DNA of 64,000 nucleotides. Source: an uncultured Gammaproteobacteria bacterium (GTDB lineage Bacteria; Pseudomonadota; Gammaproteobacteria; UBA9214). Both the position numbers and the translations under genes were made by a program. Every line of letters begins with the position of its first letter. Within the stretch, counting starts at the first letter, position 1. Under the pieces are notes generated by a model. That model was not told the origin of the DNA. It did no database searches and saw only the letters and a program-made list of their open reading frames with translations. Below are positions 50,393 to 59,951 of this stretch, piece after piece. Where the stretch lies: contig CAWHCQ010000009.1 in the NCBI GenBank assembly GCA_963827755.1, positions 54,464 through 118,463 on the forward strand, written 5' to 3'.

Positions 50393-50671
50393 CTAGTGCC
50401 GCCAGATCCGCCGGTAACGGTGCCCCACCGTCAGCACCGTCCCGTCCGGGCCCATCACCGCGTAGGCATTCAGGTGCTTGTCCAGCCGGCGCACCACCTG
50501 CCGGCCCTCTTCCCGGCCAAGCCGGGCCCTGCAACGCTTGTCCAGCCACATCACACACCCGCCGCGGTGATCATGGCTCACCCGTCCATAGGCGAGCACA
50601 TAATCGATGGCCTGGCGGGGGATGCCGCGCTGCTGCATGCGTGTCCTTGCGTGTTGCGTCAGGTTCATCAC
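50393..50671 (-). CDS. Small basic protein, DUF4258/RelE-like
   Basis: LTQHARTRMQQRGI ... VLTVGHR. Confidence 0.65.
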   Translation of the reverse strand: MMNLTQHARTRMQQRGIPRQAIDYVLAYGRVSHDHRGGCVMWLDKRCRARLGREEGRQVVRRLDKHLNAYAVMGPDGTVLTVGHRYRRIWRH

Positions 50672-50685
50672 CTACCCCCTTGCGC

Positions 50686-51657
50686 CTATTCGTCAGCGAA
50701 CCACTGGCCGGGACGGTGCCGCACGACCTTTCCATCCGGGTCCCGGTTGAATGCCGCCAGGTGCACCACCCGTTCTTCTGCCACCAGCGCACCACCGGCA
50801 ACCTCGTCGGCCGACAGGCGCACATCCTCGCCCTCGCCCAGTCCCGGGTAGGCCTCGCCCCTGGCCCCCGCCACCTGTTGCAGGAAGTCATTCACCACGG
50901 CATCCGTTGTTTCCTTGCGCTCGCCCTTCTCTTCCAGCACCGCCGCGACCGCGTAGCTGCCGACCAGCTTGTCCAGTTGCTTTTTGAATGGCCGCGGGCT
51001 GTCGAAATACTCGATGCCCTGCACGTGGCCGTTGACGGCAAACACCGCACCCACCTGGTTGTCCTCTGCCTTGAAGGCTTCCCGGTAGCTGCCAAGCTGC
51101 TTTTCATGCTGCTCGTACATATCACCCATCGAGGCGGTGGGCGAATCAACACGCATTTGTGCCGAGTGCTGGGCAATGTCTTCCCAGACCTCGGACTGGT
51201 CCGAGTAACGCTCCCCGGAGGCCTTCATGCGCACGCTCACCTGCTCCGCCTTGCTGGCACGCACCTTGGAATACATGGCACGCCCCGAGGGTCTGAACTC
51301 CGCGCTGCTGTAGGACCAGCGCCCGGCTTCCACGCAGGAGACCGGGATCTCGATCTTGGAATGCGCCGCCACCAGGATGGTGAGGTTGATGACCCGGTTC
51401 TGCTTGGCGCCGATCAGCTCGTCGCCGTCGACCAGCAGCACCTTGCGGTCGCCGAAATTATCGAACAGCAGGTTCGGCACCTCGCCGTCCTCGTCCACCT
51501 CGACGACCCGCGCCAGTTCCTGCTCGAGGGCCTCGTCCAGCGTGATGTAGTCGGCCTCGCGGACGGTGTCGCCAAACAGGGGAAACACGCTCAGCCCCTC
51601 GAACGTCGTGGCCTTGCCCAGGTGAAGATGATCGATGGTGTCAGTGATGGTCTGCAT
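50686..51657 (-). CDS. ARPP-1 (DUF6569) family protein
   Basis: YITLDEAL, LLVDGDELIGAKQNRVIN, IPVSCVEAGRW, QSEVW; AGGAGG RBS. Confidence 0.8.
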   Translation of the reverse strand: MQTITDTIDHLHLGKATTFEGLSVFPLFGDTVREADYITLDEALEQELARVVEVDEDGEVPNLLFDNFGDRKVLLVDGDELIGAKQNRVINLTILVAAHSKIEIPVSCVEAGRWSYSSAEFRPSGRAMYSKVRASKAEQVSVRMKASGERYSDQSEVWEDIAQHSAQMRVDSPTASMGDMYEQHEKQLGSYREAFKAEDNQVGAVFAVNGHVQGIEYFDSPRPFKKQLDKLVGSYAVAAVLEEKGERKETTDAVVNDFLQQVAGARGEAYPGLGEGEDVRLSADEVAGGALVAEERVVHLAAFNRDPDGKVVRHRPGQWFADE

Positions 51658-51716
51658 GGCCGCCCTCCTTCTCCCACAGCGGGAGTGTTCCGAGGAGACA
51701 GTATGCAGACCCTGGT

Positions 51717-51733
51717 GGCTCACAGGATGAGCC
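51717..51733. promoter_or_regulatory. Candidate WYL-regulator operator
   Basis: GGCTCA-N5-TGAGCC, 11 bp upstream of a CATACT -10-like box for the ARPP-1 gene. Confidence 0.5.
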
Positions 51734-51749
51734 GCTGAAGGTGGCCGGA

Positions 51750-52721
51750 CTAGCGGTAGTGTTCGGCGGCCGCTTCCAGCCGCGCCTTGACCTTGCGGCG
51801 CAGGGCGGCCGGCCCGAGCACCTCGACATCGGCGCCGTACTTGAGGATATCCATGATCAGCTCGCCGTCATTACTGTAAGGAAACTCAAGCAGATAGGAG
51901 CCGTCTTTCTCAAAGGAGCTGACCTGCTGCGGATGCCATTGCTCGGCGGCCACCCAGCGGGCCTGCTTGGGGGTAAAGCGCAGCCGCGCGCGCTTGTCGG
52001 CCTTGCCGGAGAAGATGCCGTAACTGCTTTCCAGCACCTCGTTGAGGTCCTTCTCGGCGATGTGTTTCGCCCTGCGATCGAGTATGTCCGCCGTCTTGAT
52101 CGCATCCACCGAGAAGCTGCGCAGGCCGTCGCGCAGATGACACCAGCCATCGAGGTACCAGTTGTCACGGTAGTGCACGAGGCGCTGCGGCGAGACCTCG
52201 CGCTCGGTGGCCTCGTCACTGGAACGCGCATGGTAGGCGATCTTCAGACGCCGGCGCCGGATGGTGGCACTGGCCGCCGTCTCGAAATGCTCGGGCCGCT
52301 CGGTGCGCGCCGCCATGTGCAGGATGCGGATGCGCTTGCGGATTTCTTCCGCCGAGTCGTCCTGGCTGCCGAGCAGCGCATTCAGCCGGGCAAGCAGCGG
52401 CTTGACGTGCGGGGTGATCAGGCCGCTGCCGAGGTTCGACAGCATCTGGTGCATGGTCAGCAGCGCCAGGATTTCCTGGTCGTTGAACCACAGGCCCGGC
52501 AGGCCGTACTTCTTTGCACCGGGCAGGGACTTGTCGAAACAGTAACCGCGCAGTGACCGGTCCCAGGTGATCGGTGCGTTCAAGCGGTCACGCATGTACT
52601 CGATGTCACGCTTGACCGTGGCCCGCGAGATACCCAGCTCCTCGATCACATACTCCATCGGCACCGACCGCCGGTCATTCAGCAGCTGGTCGATCTTGTA
52701 GAAGCGTTCGGTGCGGTCCAT
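51750..52721 (-). CDS. HTH-WYL-WCX transcriptional regulator (YafY/PafB-like)
   Basis: HTH ISRATVKRDI; REVSPQRL..NWYLDGWC..RSF.VD.I; LKYGADVEVL.P. Confidence 0.92.
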   Translation of the reverse strand: MDRTERFYKIDQLLNDRRSVPMEYVIEELGISRATVKRDIEYMRDRLNAPITWDRSLRGYCFDKSLPGAKKYGLPGLWFNDQEILALLTMHQMLSNLGSGLITPHVKPLLARLNALLGSQDDSAEEIRKRIRILHMAARTERPEHFETAASATIRRRRLKIAYHARSSDEATEREVSPQRLVHYRDNWYLDGWCHLRDGLRSFSVDAIKTADILDRRAKHIAEKDLNEVLESSYGIFSGKADKRARLRFTPKQARWVAAEQWHPQQVSSFEKDGSYLLEFPYSNDGELIMDILKYGADVEVLGPAALRRKVKARLEAAAEHYR

Positions 52722-52783
52722 GTGATCTGCCTCCCGGTCTTCACACACTACACAACTGTTACAGGCGCAACCCCTTCAGTAAT

Positions 52784-52837
52784 AAAAGGGGCCGGATACA
52801 TTTTCTGATTACATTCGAAAGTTGTATCCGGCCCCTT
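52784..52837. repeat. Family B element (opposite orientation of spacer)
   Basis: AAAAGGGGCCGGATACATTTTCTGATTACATTCGAAAGTTGTATCCGGCCCCTT. Confidence 0.9.
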
Positions 52838-52843
52838 CCCCAC

Positions 52844-52904
52844 TCCTTACGTCTCGCCTCAAGCGCGCGGCGTAGCCGCGTCGCTTTGGAGACGATTGTT
52901 ATGC
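52844..52904 (-). mobile_element. attC site (R' degenerate)
   Basis: GCATAAC overlapping the DUF2283 stop; central CGCGGCGTAGCCGCG. Confidence 0.75.
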
Positions 52905-53096
52905 CGCAATACCTTCAATAGTTAAATGACTTACATCGGTACGCTGGCTTGCATGCTCAAATGTTATTGCGCATACGTTACCTTTTGCATCAACATCTAG
53001 CACTGTGTTTTCATCGAGATCTTTTGATTCTGCAATTTCATCATCGCGGAACTCAATATAGAGGGTATCCGTATCTTCGAAATACTTAACTTTCAT
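52899..53096 (-). CDS. DUF2283 antitoxin
   Basis: MKVKYFEDTDTLYIEF..LDVDAKG...ITFEHAS. Confidence 0.88.
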   Translation of the reverse strand: MKVKYFEDTDTLYIEFRDDEIAESKDLDENTVLDVDAKGNVCAITFEHASQRTDVSHLTIEGIAA

Positions 53097-53329
53097 GATT
53101 TATATCCTCGATCAAAAAATGCGTTGTGAATGGTTTCGCCATCCGATAACAATATTACCCGCAGATATTTACCCTGCGCTTCTTCGATCTTAGCCCATCG
53201 GCGAATTCGGCCATCTGCTTGAATGTATTCTTGCTCTGGATGATCAATAACAAGCTAAATCCATTCGTCTTTAATAACTGCACGGTCTTTTCTGGTCCGA
53301 ATCGTTTGAAAATAATTAGTGGTTTTCAC
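53093..53329 (-). pseudogene. Cognate toxin (RelE/DUF4258-like) with in-frame TAG
   Basis: Own translation: VKTTNYFQTIRTRKDRAVIKDEWI*LVIDHPEQEYIQADGRIRRWAKI..YLRVILLSDGETIHNAFFDR; ATGA overlap with the antitoxin. Confidence 0.8.
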
Positions 53330-53347
53330 TGCGTAAAATCCTTTTTG

Positions 53348-53407
53348 GCATAACGCCTCGCATCAGCGGCCCAGCTTTACCGGGGCCGTTGCATGCGCTT
53401 GTTAGGC
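53348..53407 (-). mobile_element. attC site of the cupin cassette
   Basis: GCCTAAC (stop) ... GTTATGC on the minus strand; 60 bp. Confidence 0.85.
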
Positions 53408-53845
53408 GTCACTATCGTTGTGTGTCTCGGTCTGGCGATTTGCGTCACCTTGACCCGGAGAGAACGGTAGAACCTTGTCCTGTTCGGCTGGATCATTACG
53501 AGCGACGACGGCGCGCGCGGGCTCGGTTGCACTGAGATTGATTGCTTCATGAGGAATACCCGGCGGGACGAAGAGAAAGTCGCCTGCCTGGCTAACCACT
53601 TCGTACTGTAGTGCCGACCCCCAACGTGTGCATACGGTTCCTTCCAGGACATAGATACCGGTTTCGTAACCGACGTGGATATGAGGCTCGGCCCGAGCGC
53701 CTGGCGGGATGACCACCAGGTGCATGGACAGTCCCGTGGCATTGACTGTCTGTCCAGAAATGCCAATAAAGTAGGGCAAACGCTGTCGCGTCATGACCTC
53801 ACTGTCTGGCCTGACACTCTGAACCTTTGGCTCGTGGTTGTTCAT
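53402..53845 (-). CDS. Cupin domain protein (cassette)
   Basis: PHIH..YETGIY, GDFLFVPPGIPHEA.N. Confidence 0.88.
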   Translation of the reverse strand: MNNHEPKVQSVRPDSEVMTRQRLPYFIGISGQTVNATGLSMHLVVIPPGARAEPHIHVGYETGIYVLEGTVCTRWGSALQYEVVSQAGDFLFVPPGIPHEAINLSATEPARAVVARNDPAEQDKVLPFSPGQGDANRQTETHNDSDA

Positions 53846-53877
53846 TGTGGTAGTCCCTCAGTACAGGTACTCATGAT

Positions 53878-54002
53878 GCCTGACGCCTTGCCAAGTAGCT
53901 AAAAATACTGCCACTGCACCCAATTTGAACGCGATAAACACCTAAACCGATATGAGCAGCAAGCGCCACGCATTTATAGCCTGCTTAAGCAATTTATTAG
54001 GC
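53878..54002 (-). mobile_element. Degenerate long attC of the RraA cassette
   Basis: GCCTAAT (stop) ... GTCAGGC on the minus strand. Confidence 0.6.
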
Positions 54003-54611
54003 TTTTTTAGCAGCTTCGATTACTTGTTGTATTTTTAACCTGTGGTTAACTTCCCAGTCAGACAGGGTCATATTTTTTTCTACATCCGATATTGCCTTAG
54101 CCGCCCGGTAAGTTTCCAGCGCCCTGGATTTTGGAATAACAGCTATACCTTCGATATCTGCTACTATGATATCTCCTGTGCAAACACTCACCCCACCACA
54201 AATAATCGGTGCACCTGATTCGATGTACTGTTGTTTCCTGCCAGGAACAGGAAATACGCCCCTGGCATAAACGGGGAACTCCATTTCTGCTATTTCACCT
54301 GAATCCCGAACCACACCGTCGATAACAAAGCCTCTAATGCCTCGCTCTTTAGCGACGGCACAGACATTACCGCCAGCAACGGCATATTTAGTATCTACAC
54401 CGTCAACGATCACGATTGAGCCTTCAGGAGCTTCATATATTGCAGAGTGGAGCATCAAGTTATCGCCTGAAGCCAATTGAACCGTATAGGCTGGTCCTGA
54501 TATCCGCTTCATATCCTGCCAAAGAGGACGTATAGATATATCAATAAATTGATCTCGATCTAATACGTTCCCATAGTCAGTTGTTGCTAGTGTGGAAAAG
54601 TCCTGTTCCAT
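53997..54611 (-). CDS. RraA / HMG aldolase family protein (cassette)
   Basis: GPAYTV..GDNL, VIDGVVRD, GDIIVAD.EG. Confidence 0.88.
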   Translation of the reverse strand: MEQDFSTLATTDYGNVLDRDQFIDISIRPLWQDMKRISGPAYTVQLASGDNLMLHSAIYEAPEGSIVIVDGVDTKYAVAGGNVCAVAKERGIRGFVIDGVVRDSGEIAEMEFPVYARGVFPVPGRKQQYIESGAPIICGGVSVCTGDIIVADIEGIAVIPKSRALETYRAAKAISDVEKNMTLSDWEVNHRLKIQQVIEAAKKA

Positions 54612-54645
54612 TTTCGATCCCTTAACTGGATTGTCTACCGGATAA

Positions 54646-54741
54646 GCCTGACGTTGTGTTCAGCTGCGCTTGACGGCAACTGCTCGCAGCGGCAGCGAAG
54701 GAAGGTTACTGTCAAACGTCAGCTGCAACACCTTGTTAGAA
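54646..54741 (-). mobile_element. attC site whose cassette gene is missing
   Basis: TTCTAAC ... GTCAGGC on the minus strand; stems CAGCTG and TTGAC/GTCAA. Confidence 0.8.
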
Positions 54742-54745
54742 TAAA

Positions 54746-54797
54746 GGTGTCAGAGCACATTTGTTGCTTATATTAGAGTTAAATGTGCTCTGACACC
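54746..54797. repeat. Family A element
   Basis: GGTGTCAGAGCACATTTGTTGCTTATATTAGAGTTAAATGTGCTCTGACACC. Confidence 0.92.
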
Positions 54798-54800
54798 ATT

Positions 54801-55115
54801 CAACCAGGCCAACCCCACCCAGGTCGAATGAATTCGACCCTACATTTCACCGCCGATCAGCAACCTGGAGATTTGTAGGGCCGAATTCATTCGGCCAACC
54901 CCAGCGACACCAGGCACAACCCCACCCGAGGTCGGAATAAGGATTCAGGACCCTACATCTTCATCCCCAGATCAGCAACCCGGAGATTGTAGGGCCGAAT
55001 TCATTCGGCCAACCCCAACCAGGCCAACCCCACCCAGGTCGAATAAATTCGACCCTACATTTCTTCCCCGATCAGCAACCCGGAGATTGCAGGCCGAATT
55101 CATTCGGCCAACCCT
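54801..55115. repeat. BIME-like tandem array of three ~105-bp REP doublet units
   Basis: GTCGAATGAATTCGACCCTACA..GATCAGCAACC..GTAGGGCCGAATTCATTCGGCC x3; A half follows at 55129-55147. Confidence 0.85.
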
Positions 55116-55253
55116 ACTGATTATTCCCAAGGTGTCAGAACACATTCAGGTCACATGCTTGATCCACATCAATGCGCCCGGAGTTGAAACAAGCTAGCTT
55201 CTAAACTACCAACAGCTATGTAGCGGTCAGTAAACCAAACGGAGTACGACATC

Positions 55254-55535
55254 ATGGCTTGCCATAACCCCGGATGCCTGGGGGAATACGATTTTGACCA
55301 GATCGCGTTTTTCGCCCGCAAGCGTTTTATCGAGGGTTGCCAGACCGTCACCTTGCTCGAGCAGGCGCGGTCGCAGCGCGAAAAGGAAGAGATTGCACTG
55401 GTCTGCATGCTGGATATTGCGGATGACCAGGTCCGTGACCTGCAACTCAGCTGCCAGCACAGCGAGCAGTGCAAAGTGACCACCTGCAGGAGCCAGCTGA
55501 AAACAATGATCGCCGCGGAACTGGCGGTTCAATAA
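55254..55535 (+). CDS. Hypothetical protein
   Basis: 93 aa with GGAG RBS. Confidence 0.55.
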   Translation: MACHNPGCLGEYDFDQIAFFARKRFIEGCQTVTLLEQARSQREKEEIALVCMLDIADDQVRDLQLSCQHSEQCKVTTCRSQLKTMIAAELAVQ

Positions 55536-55608
55536 CGAAATCCAGGTCAGATAGGGTTTCCCTCTGTCAGCTGAAACCAGATCGACCAGTTCTGTTTCAC
55601 TGATACCT

Positions 55609-56655
55609 TTATTTATTCAAATCCTGCTTCTGCTCCCGCAGTCGCTCCCGGTATTTCCTCCTGGCAAGCTCCTGCATATCTTCGACGGTATCGCGTTCAT
55701 CTAGAATCTCGCGCCCCAGCAGGGTCTCGATGGCATCTTCCAGCGTCACGATGCCCGCAGTCTGGCCGAACTCGTCCTCGACCAGGAACAGGTGCGCGCG
55801 TTGTTTTATGAACTGATCGATCAACTGCTGAATCGGCAGTTTTTCGGATACCCGGAAAACGGGTTTGGCGAACCGAACGATGGGTTCCGAACCATGCCCT
55901 GCACGCTCCGCTTCAAACAGGTCCGCGCGAATGACCTTGCCCTTGATATCATCGATACCTTCGCCATACACCGGCATCCTTGTAAACTGGCGTGTATCGG
56001 CATCATCCAGCGCATCCGTGACCGTCACGTCTTCAGGCAGCATGTGCACGACACTGCGCGGCGTCAGCACCTCCCCGGTCGGAATCTCGTGCAGCTTGAG
56101 AACATTGGCCAGGTATTCATTCTCCTGGGATATCAGGGTGCCGTCCCTGAGCCCCAGCGAGGCCAGGGCGATGATTTCCTCGCGGGTGATTTCTTTCCCG
56201 TCGTGGTGACTGAACAGCCGGGTCAGGCGCGTGGAAATCCAGACCAGCGGATAGACCAGCTTCACCAGCCAGGCAATGACAAAAGCGGCCGGTATCGCCA
56301 GCTGCCGCCAGAAGGTCGCGCCCAGCGTTTTCGGAATGATCTCGGAAAAATACAGGATGGCCAGCGTCAGCAACACCGCGATCAATGTTTCCCATTTTGC
56401 CCCGAACACCTGCACGGCCTGCGAACCGACCCCGGCGGCACCCATGGTGTGTGCAAAGGTATTGAGAATCAGGATACTGGAGAGCGATTCATCCAGGCGT
56501 TCCCTGGCTTGACTCAGCACACCCCCGGCACGCGGCCGATCCGACAGGGTTTTCTCGGCAAAGCTCGGTGTCACTGACAACAGCACGGCCTCGAGTATCG
56601 AGCAGAGAAATGAAACGCCGATGGCGATGGCCAGGTAGACAAACAGCAAGGTCAT
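55609..56655 (-). CDS. CNNM/DUF21-CBS (hemolysin-family) protein
   Basis: SFLCSILEAVLLS, ILNTFAHT, FSEIIPKT, VTLEDAIETLLG. Confidence 0.92.
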   Translation of the reverse strand: MTLLFVYLAIAIGVSFLCSILEAVLLSVTPSFAEKTLSDRPRAGGVLSQARERLDESLSSILILNTFAHTMGAAGVGSQAVQVFGAKWETLIAVLLTLAILYFSEIIPKTLGATFWRQLAIPAAFVIAWLVKLVYPLVWISTRLTRLFSHHDGKEITREEIIALASLGLRDGTLISQENEYLANVLKLHEIPTGEVLTPRSVVHMLPEDVTVTDALDDADTRQFTRMPVYGEGIDDIKGKVIRADLFEAERAGHGSEPIVRFAKPVFRVSEKLPIQQLIDQFIKQRAHLFLVEDEFGQTAGIVTLEDAIETLLGREILDERDTVEDMQELARRKYRERLREQKQDLNK

Positions 56656-56741
56656 GATGGATTCCCGTAAATAGCCAGGGTTTCATTCTTGACCATTCGT
56701 GGCATGGATGTCCATGGCAGCCGGGGAGGCCGCACAATATT

Positions 56742-56820
56742 GGTGTCAGAGCACATTTTCTGCTTATATTAGAGATAATTGTGCTCTGACCCCTATTATT
56801 CGCTGTATCCGGCCCCTTTT
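56742..56820. repeat. Family A element plus B right half
   Basis: GGTGTCAGAGCACATTT..TGTGCTCTGACCCC then TGTATCCGGCCCCTTTT. Confidence 0.88.
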
Positions 56821-56830
56821 CCATTTGGTA

Positions 56831-57181
56831 TCAAGCCGCATGAATCTCAAATTCAGTTGCTTTGACAACCGGTTTTACGGATCTATTATTTTTTCTAAGT
56901 TCAACGAATCCATAATGTTCCATAGTTTTAAGTGTTCTGGATAAGTTACTCATTTGACGGCCAGCAGCATCTGCAAGCTCGGTTAAGGTTTCTGGCTGCA
57001 TTTCTGCGATCATCTTCAGCAAGGCACGATTTTGATCACTCAACACTTCCGCGACTGATTTCATGGAAGGAAACCAGATCCCGGGTTCATTTCTTTTAGG
57101 TTTATAGTCCCCGCGCGCAATGGCCAGAACACGCTTCCTGATCTTGTCCTGGGGCATAATACCAATCACTATTTTTTTCAT
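56831..57181 (-). CDS. HTH antitoxin / regulator
   Basis: WFPSMKS.AEVLS..N, ELA...GR..SNLSRTLKTM. Confidence 0.85.
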   Translation of the reverse strand: MKKIVIGIMPQDKIRKRVLAIARGDYKPKRNEPGIWFPSMKSVAEVLSDQNRALLKMIAEMQPETLTELADAAGRQMSNLSRTLKTMEHYGFVELRKNNRSVKPVVKATEFEIHAA

Positions 57182-57202
57182 AACTCACCTCGAATCACCA
57201 AA

Positions 57203-57583
57203 TCACTTCATACCTTTAAGCACCTTATCCACTTCTCTGAAAAAGTCTGCAAGCAACTGCTGAGCAGATTCAAATACATATGGAACCCCTTTATCGCCGG
57301 GTTTCATATGCTTGTGATCATAAGCAATATGCCTGCCCACAAAGCGCCCTGCCTTTCCCGTTTTAATAAAATGCGCATTGTCAAAACCCAGCAGTCTTTT
57401 TCCATACCTGTCATGCAGTGTCAGACAATATTTAATGCCATGCGGGCACTCATCAGTAGCCTGAGCAAGTTTTCGCGCTTCAATCTTTACCCAGCATCCT
57501 CCTTCCTGAGCCAGGATTTCACCATCAAGGTCTAATAAGTAATCCAGTCCCTTGTCATCGCTCACAGTGTACCGCACTCTCAC
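57203..57583 (-). CDS. DUF6516 / TumE-like toxin
   Basis: PHGIKYCLTLHD..G.RLLGFDNAH, DHKH, LLADFF.EVD. Confidence 0.82.
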   Translation of the reverse strand: MRVRYTVSDDKGLDYLLDLDGEILAQEGGCWVKIEARKLAQATDECPHGIKYCLTLHDRYGKRLLGFDNAHFIKTGKAGRFVGRHIAYDHKHMKPGDKGVPYVFESAQQLLADFFREVDKVLKGMK

Positions 57584-57584
57584 T

Positions 57585-57607
57585 TACTTATCATCCGTTG
57601 ATAAGTA
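57585..57607. promoter_or_regulatory. Operator palindrome upstream of the TA pair
   Basis: TACTTATCA-N5-TGATAAGTA. Confidence 0.6.
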
Positions 57608-57731
57608 TTAATTTTTGGGGGATTTATTTATTACTACATTCTTTGACTCTAACAATAAAAGCGGCCGGTGACGCCGCCCCCACTGATATTGTTCTTGTCG
57701 GAATACGACTATCTGTCTCGTGCGTAATTCC

Positions 57732-57781
57732 GGTGTCAGAGCATTTGTTATTTATATTAGAGATAAATGTGCTCTGACACC
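57732..57781. repeat. Family A element
   Basis: GGTGTCAGAGCATTT..AAATGTGCTCTGACACC. Confidence 0.88.
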
Positions 57782-57861
57782 TTTATCCCTTTCTAACTTC
57801 GTAACTTTCTACCCGGATGGCAAGGTGAGTATGCACCTCCTCTGGTTTCTTATGCTTTCGT

Positions 57862-58533
57862 CTATGGACCATCTTCCAACTGCTTCAAATATTCAACAAG
57901 CTCATGCATCAAGGTTGTGGGATTGTCAGTGTCATTCCTACCCGCTTCCTGCAGCGCGCGCTTACTGAATGCAATAGCCTGATCAGTTTGATCCATCAGT
58001 TCCTTGAACAACCCTCTATCACCCTTCGAATATCCCGGGATATATCTGATTAATTCCTCAATCAAGCGTGCGCATGCACTCCTGCCGGCTGCACCTGTGT
58101 AGGATCGCGTGCTGAATGTGAAATGCAAAATCAGCCAGTATTCAAAGCACGGAATGGAATTGATAGACGAAAATACCCTTCTGGGCATAGATCGCGCGAC
58201 CTCATCCAACGCCTGTGTATAGCTTGCATGAGTATCCTTATCAAATACGCAAAATACCCGGTCAAAGGCATCATTTTTCCGCCGTTCCTCTGCATATCTA
58301 TTTTTTGCATGCTGTACTACAGAAACAGGACTCGACCCACAGCTACCATCAACTTCTACATTTGCACTGTTTAACTCCAGACAATCAATGAGTTCCCCTA
58401 AATAATTTGGCTCAGTCTTTGATCCTTCACATACAATAAGCACACGATCATACGGCGCACGTCTCGATTTTCTGCGCTCCAGGTCACTGGCCACTCGTGC
58501 CTTGCGCCTGTTATGCAAGTCATCGCTGCCCAC
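57862..58533 (-). CDS. rloB: RloB family protein
   Basis: LIVCEGSKTEPNY, VFCVFDKD, SIPCFEYWLILHF, NPTT. Confidence 0.9.
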   Translation of the reverse strand: MGSDDLHNRRKARVASDLERRKSRRAPYDRVLIVCEGSKTEPNYLGELIDCLELNSANVEVDGSCGSSPVSVVQHAKNRYAEERRKNDAFDRVFCVFDKDTHASYTQALDEVARSMPRRVFSSINSIPCFEYWLILHFTFSTRSYTGAAGRSACARLIEELIRYIPGYSKGDRGLFKELMDQTDQAIAFSKRALQEAGRNDTDNPTTLMHELVEYLKQLEDGP

Positions 58534-59814
58534 TCAGCCCACCATTGCGGACTTGACCTTCTTCAAATAAGGCAAGGCACCATAACGACCAGACAAATAT
58601 CCTCTCTCCAGATTTTCAATTCCCTTACGTGGACTGAAATCAGTTAATGGATAAAGTTTTGTAGCCTGATGTTTATCCTTATCGCAAAACCAGATTTGAT
58701 CCCGCCGAAACACTTCCTGGTTTAGAATCGAGGTATCATGCGTGGAAAAGATCAATTGTGCGTTCTTGGGATTGGTTTCTTTTCCATGAAATAACTTGAC
58801 AAGGAATTCTACAATCAGAGGGTGCAGATTATCGTGCAACTCATCGATGACAAGCACATAACCGTTCTCCAACGTATCCAACCATGGCCCTGCAAGCGCA
58901 AATATTTTCTGAGTACCATCGGATTCATCATCCAAATCGAATAGTACTTTTTTACCACTGTCTGACATATGTGCAGTTTTTACGCTGACAAATGACTTAT
59001 CCTGGTATTTATTAGCGATTTCATCTCTAACAATATCAGGCATATCATCTGGTAAATTATCAATACTGAGCTTTCCCTTTTCAAGTTCAACCCCATCGAT
59101 ATCGATATCAGCCGCCTGTAAAAAAGATACGACCTTCTCTCTCTCATCGTCCTTCTCACACAACTCAATTGAGAAACTAGGCACCCAACGTCCAAAACCA
59201 GCGACATGCAAGGTTTCTGAAAACCATTCAAACACAGGCTTAAGCTGCTGGTTATTTAGCTGAATAGCTGTTGAGAGAAAAAGTGCATTTGAACGGGTCG
59301 CATCAATCCATACTTTTTTTGTACCCGTAAAAAATCCTCCCATCTTCCACTCATATTCTTCTGATTCAGTGTTATAGAAACGATCAAACCAGCGTTGTGA
59401 CTTACCCTCCGGGTAAGCCAATAACCACTCCTCAGTAATACGCTTTGACGTCGCAGCAAAGCCGTATTGATAGCGAACGCCCTGGCTAATGAAGGTAACT
59501 TCAAACTCGCTCGGCTTGTTTTGACTCGCTTCGTTCAACAAGAAAGGTGTAATCGGCAATGTTTCGCCAACCTGGCTTTGCCCGGCAGATTTCAGCACCA
59601 ACTGCTCCATTACCTGCAAGGCTCGAATAACATTCGACTTACCGGCTGCATTCGGACCATAGATAGCGGAACTACGCAACAGAGCGGGAGTGGCCAACGC
59701 GTCTGGCTCGAATGAATTGGTATCTTCCAACTCATCCCCTTTCGCCTTTACCAGGCTCAATGTCGTCTGTTCGCGAATCGACAGGAAGTTAGCAACACTG
59801 AATTCGACTAGCAT
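58534..59814 (-). CDS. AAA_21 ATPase (RloA/AbiEii-like)
   Basis: IYGPNAAGKSN, ESDGTQK, VIDEL..LHP, QLIFSTH, YLSGRYGALP. Confidence 0.9.
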   Translation of the reverse strand: MLVEFSVANFLSIREQTTLSLVKAKGDELEDTNSFEPDALATPALLRSSAIYGPNAAGKSNVIRALQVMEQLVLKSAGQSQVGETLPITPFLLNEASQNKPSEFEVTFISQGVRYQYGFAATSKRITEEWLLAYPEGKSQRWFDRFYNTESEEYEWKMGGFFTGTKKVWIDATRSNALFLSTAIQLNNQQLKPVFEWFSETLHVAGFGRWVPSFSIELCEKDDEREKVVSFLQAADIDIDGVELEKGKLSIDNLPDDMPDIVRDEIANKYQDKSFVSVKTAHMSDSGKKVLFDLDDESDGTQKIFALAGPWLDTLENGYVLVIDELHDNLHPLIVEFLVKLFHGKETNPKNAQLIFSTHDTSILNQEVFRRDQIWFCDKDKHQATKLYPLTDFSPRKGIENLERGYLSGRYGALPYLKKVKSAMVG

Positions 59815-59951
59815 CCTAAATACCCTCTGATGGTAATTTAATGTCTATTTTTGACTATTATCGTCAAAATTAGCATATTAATTAGCCATTGACACTGTTT
59901 ATATCTCTCGCTGTCAATCATTGGGCCCCATGATCGCGCCAAAAGCGAAGT

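Noticed and set aside
50158-51738. 526-aa plus-strand ORF
   Set aside because: Antisense shadow of the ARPP-1 and small genes in high-GC DNA; no recognisable motifs.
54801-55115. Mini-CRISPR
   Set aside because: Intervening sequences are themselves repeated; it is a REP/BIME-type tandem.
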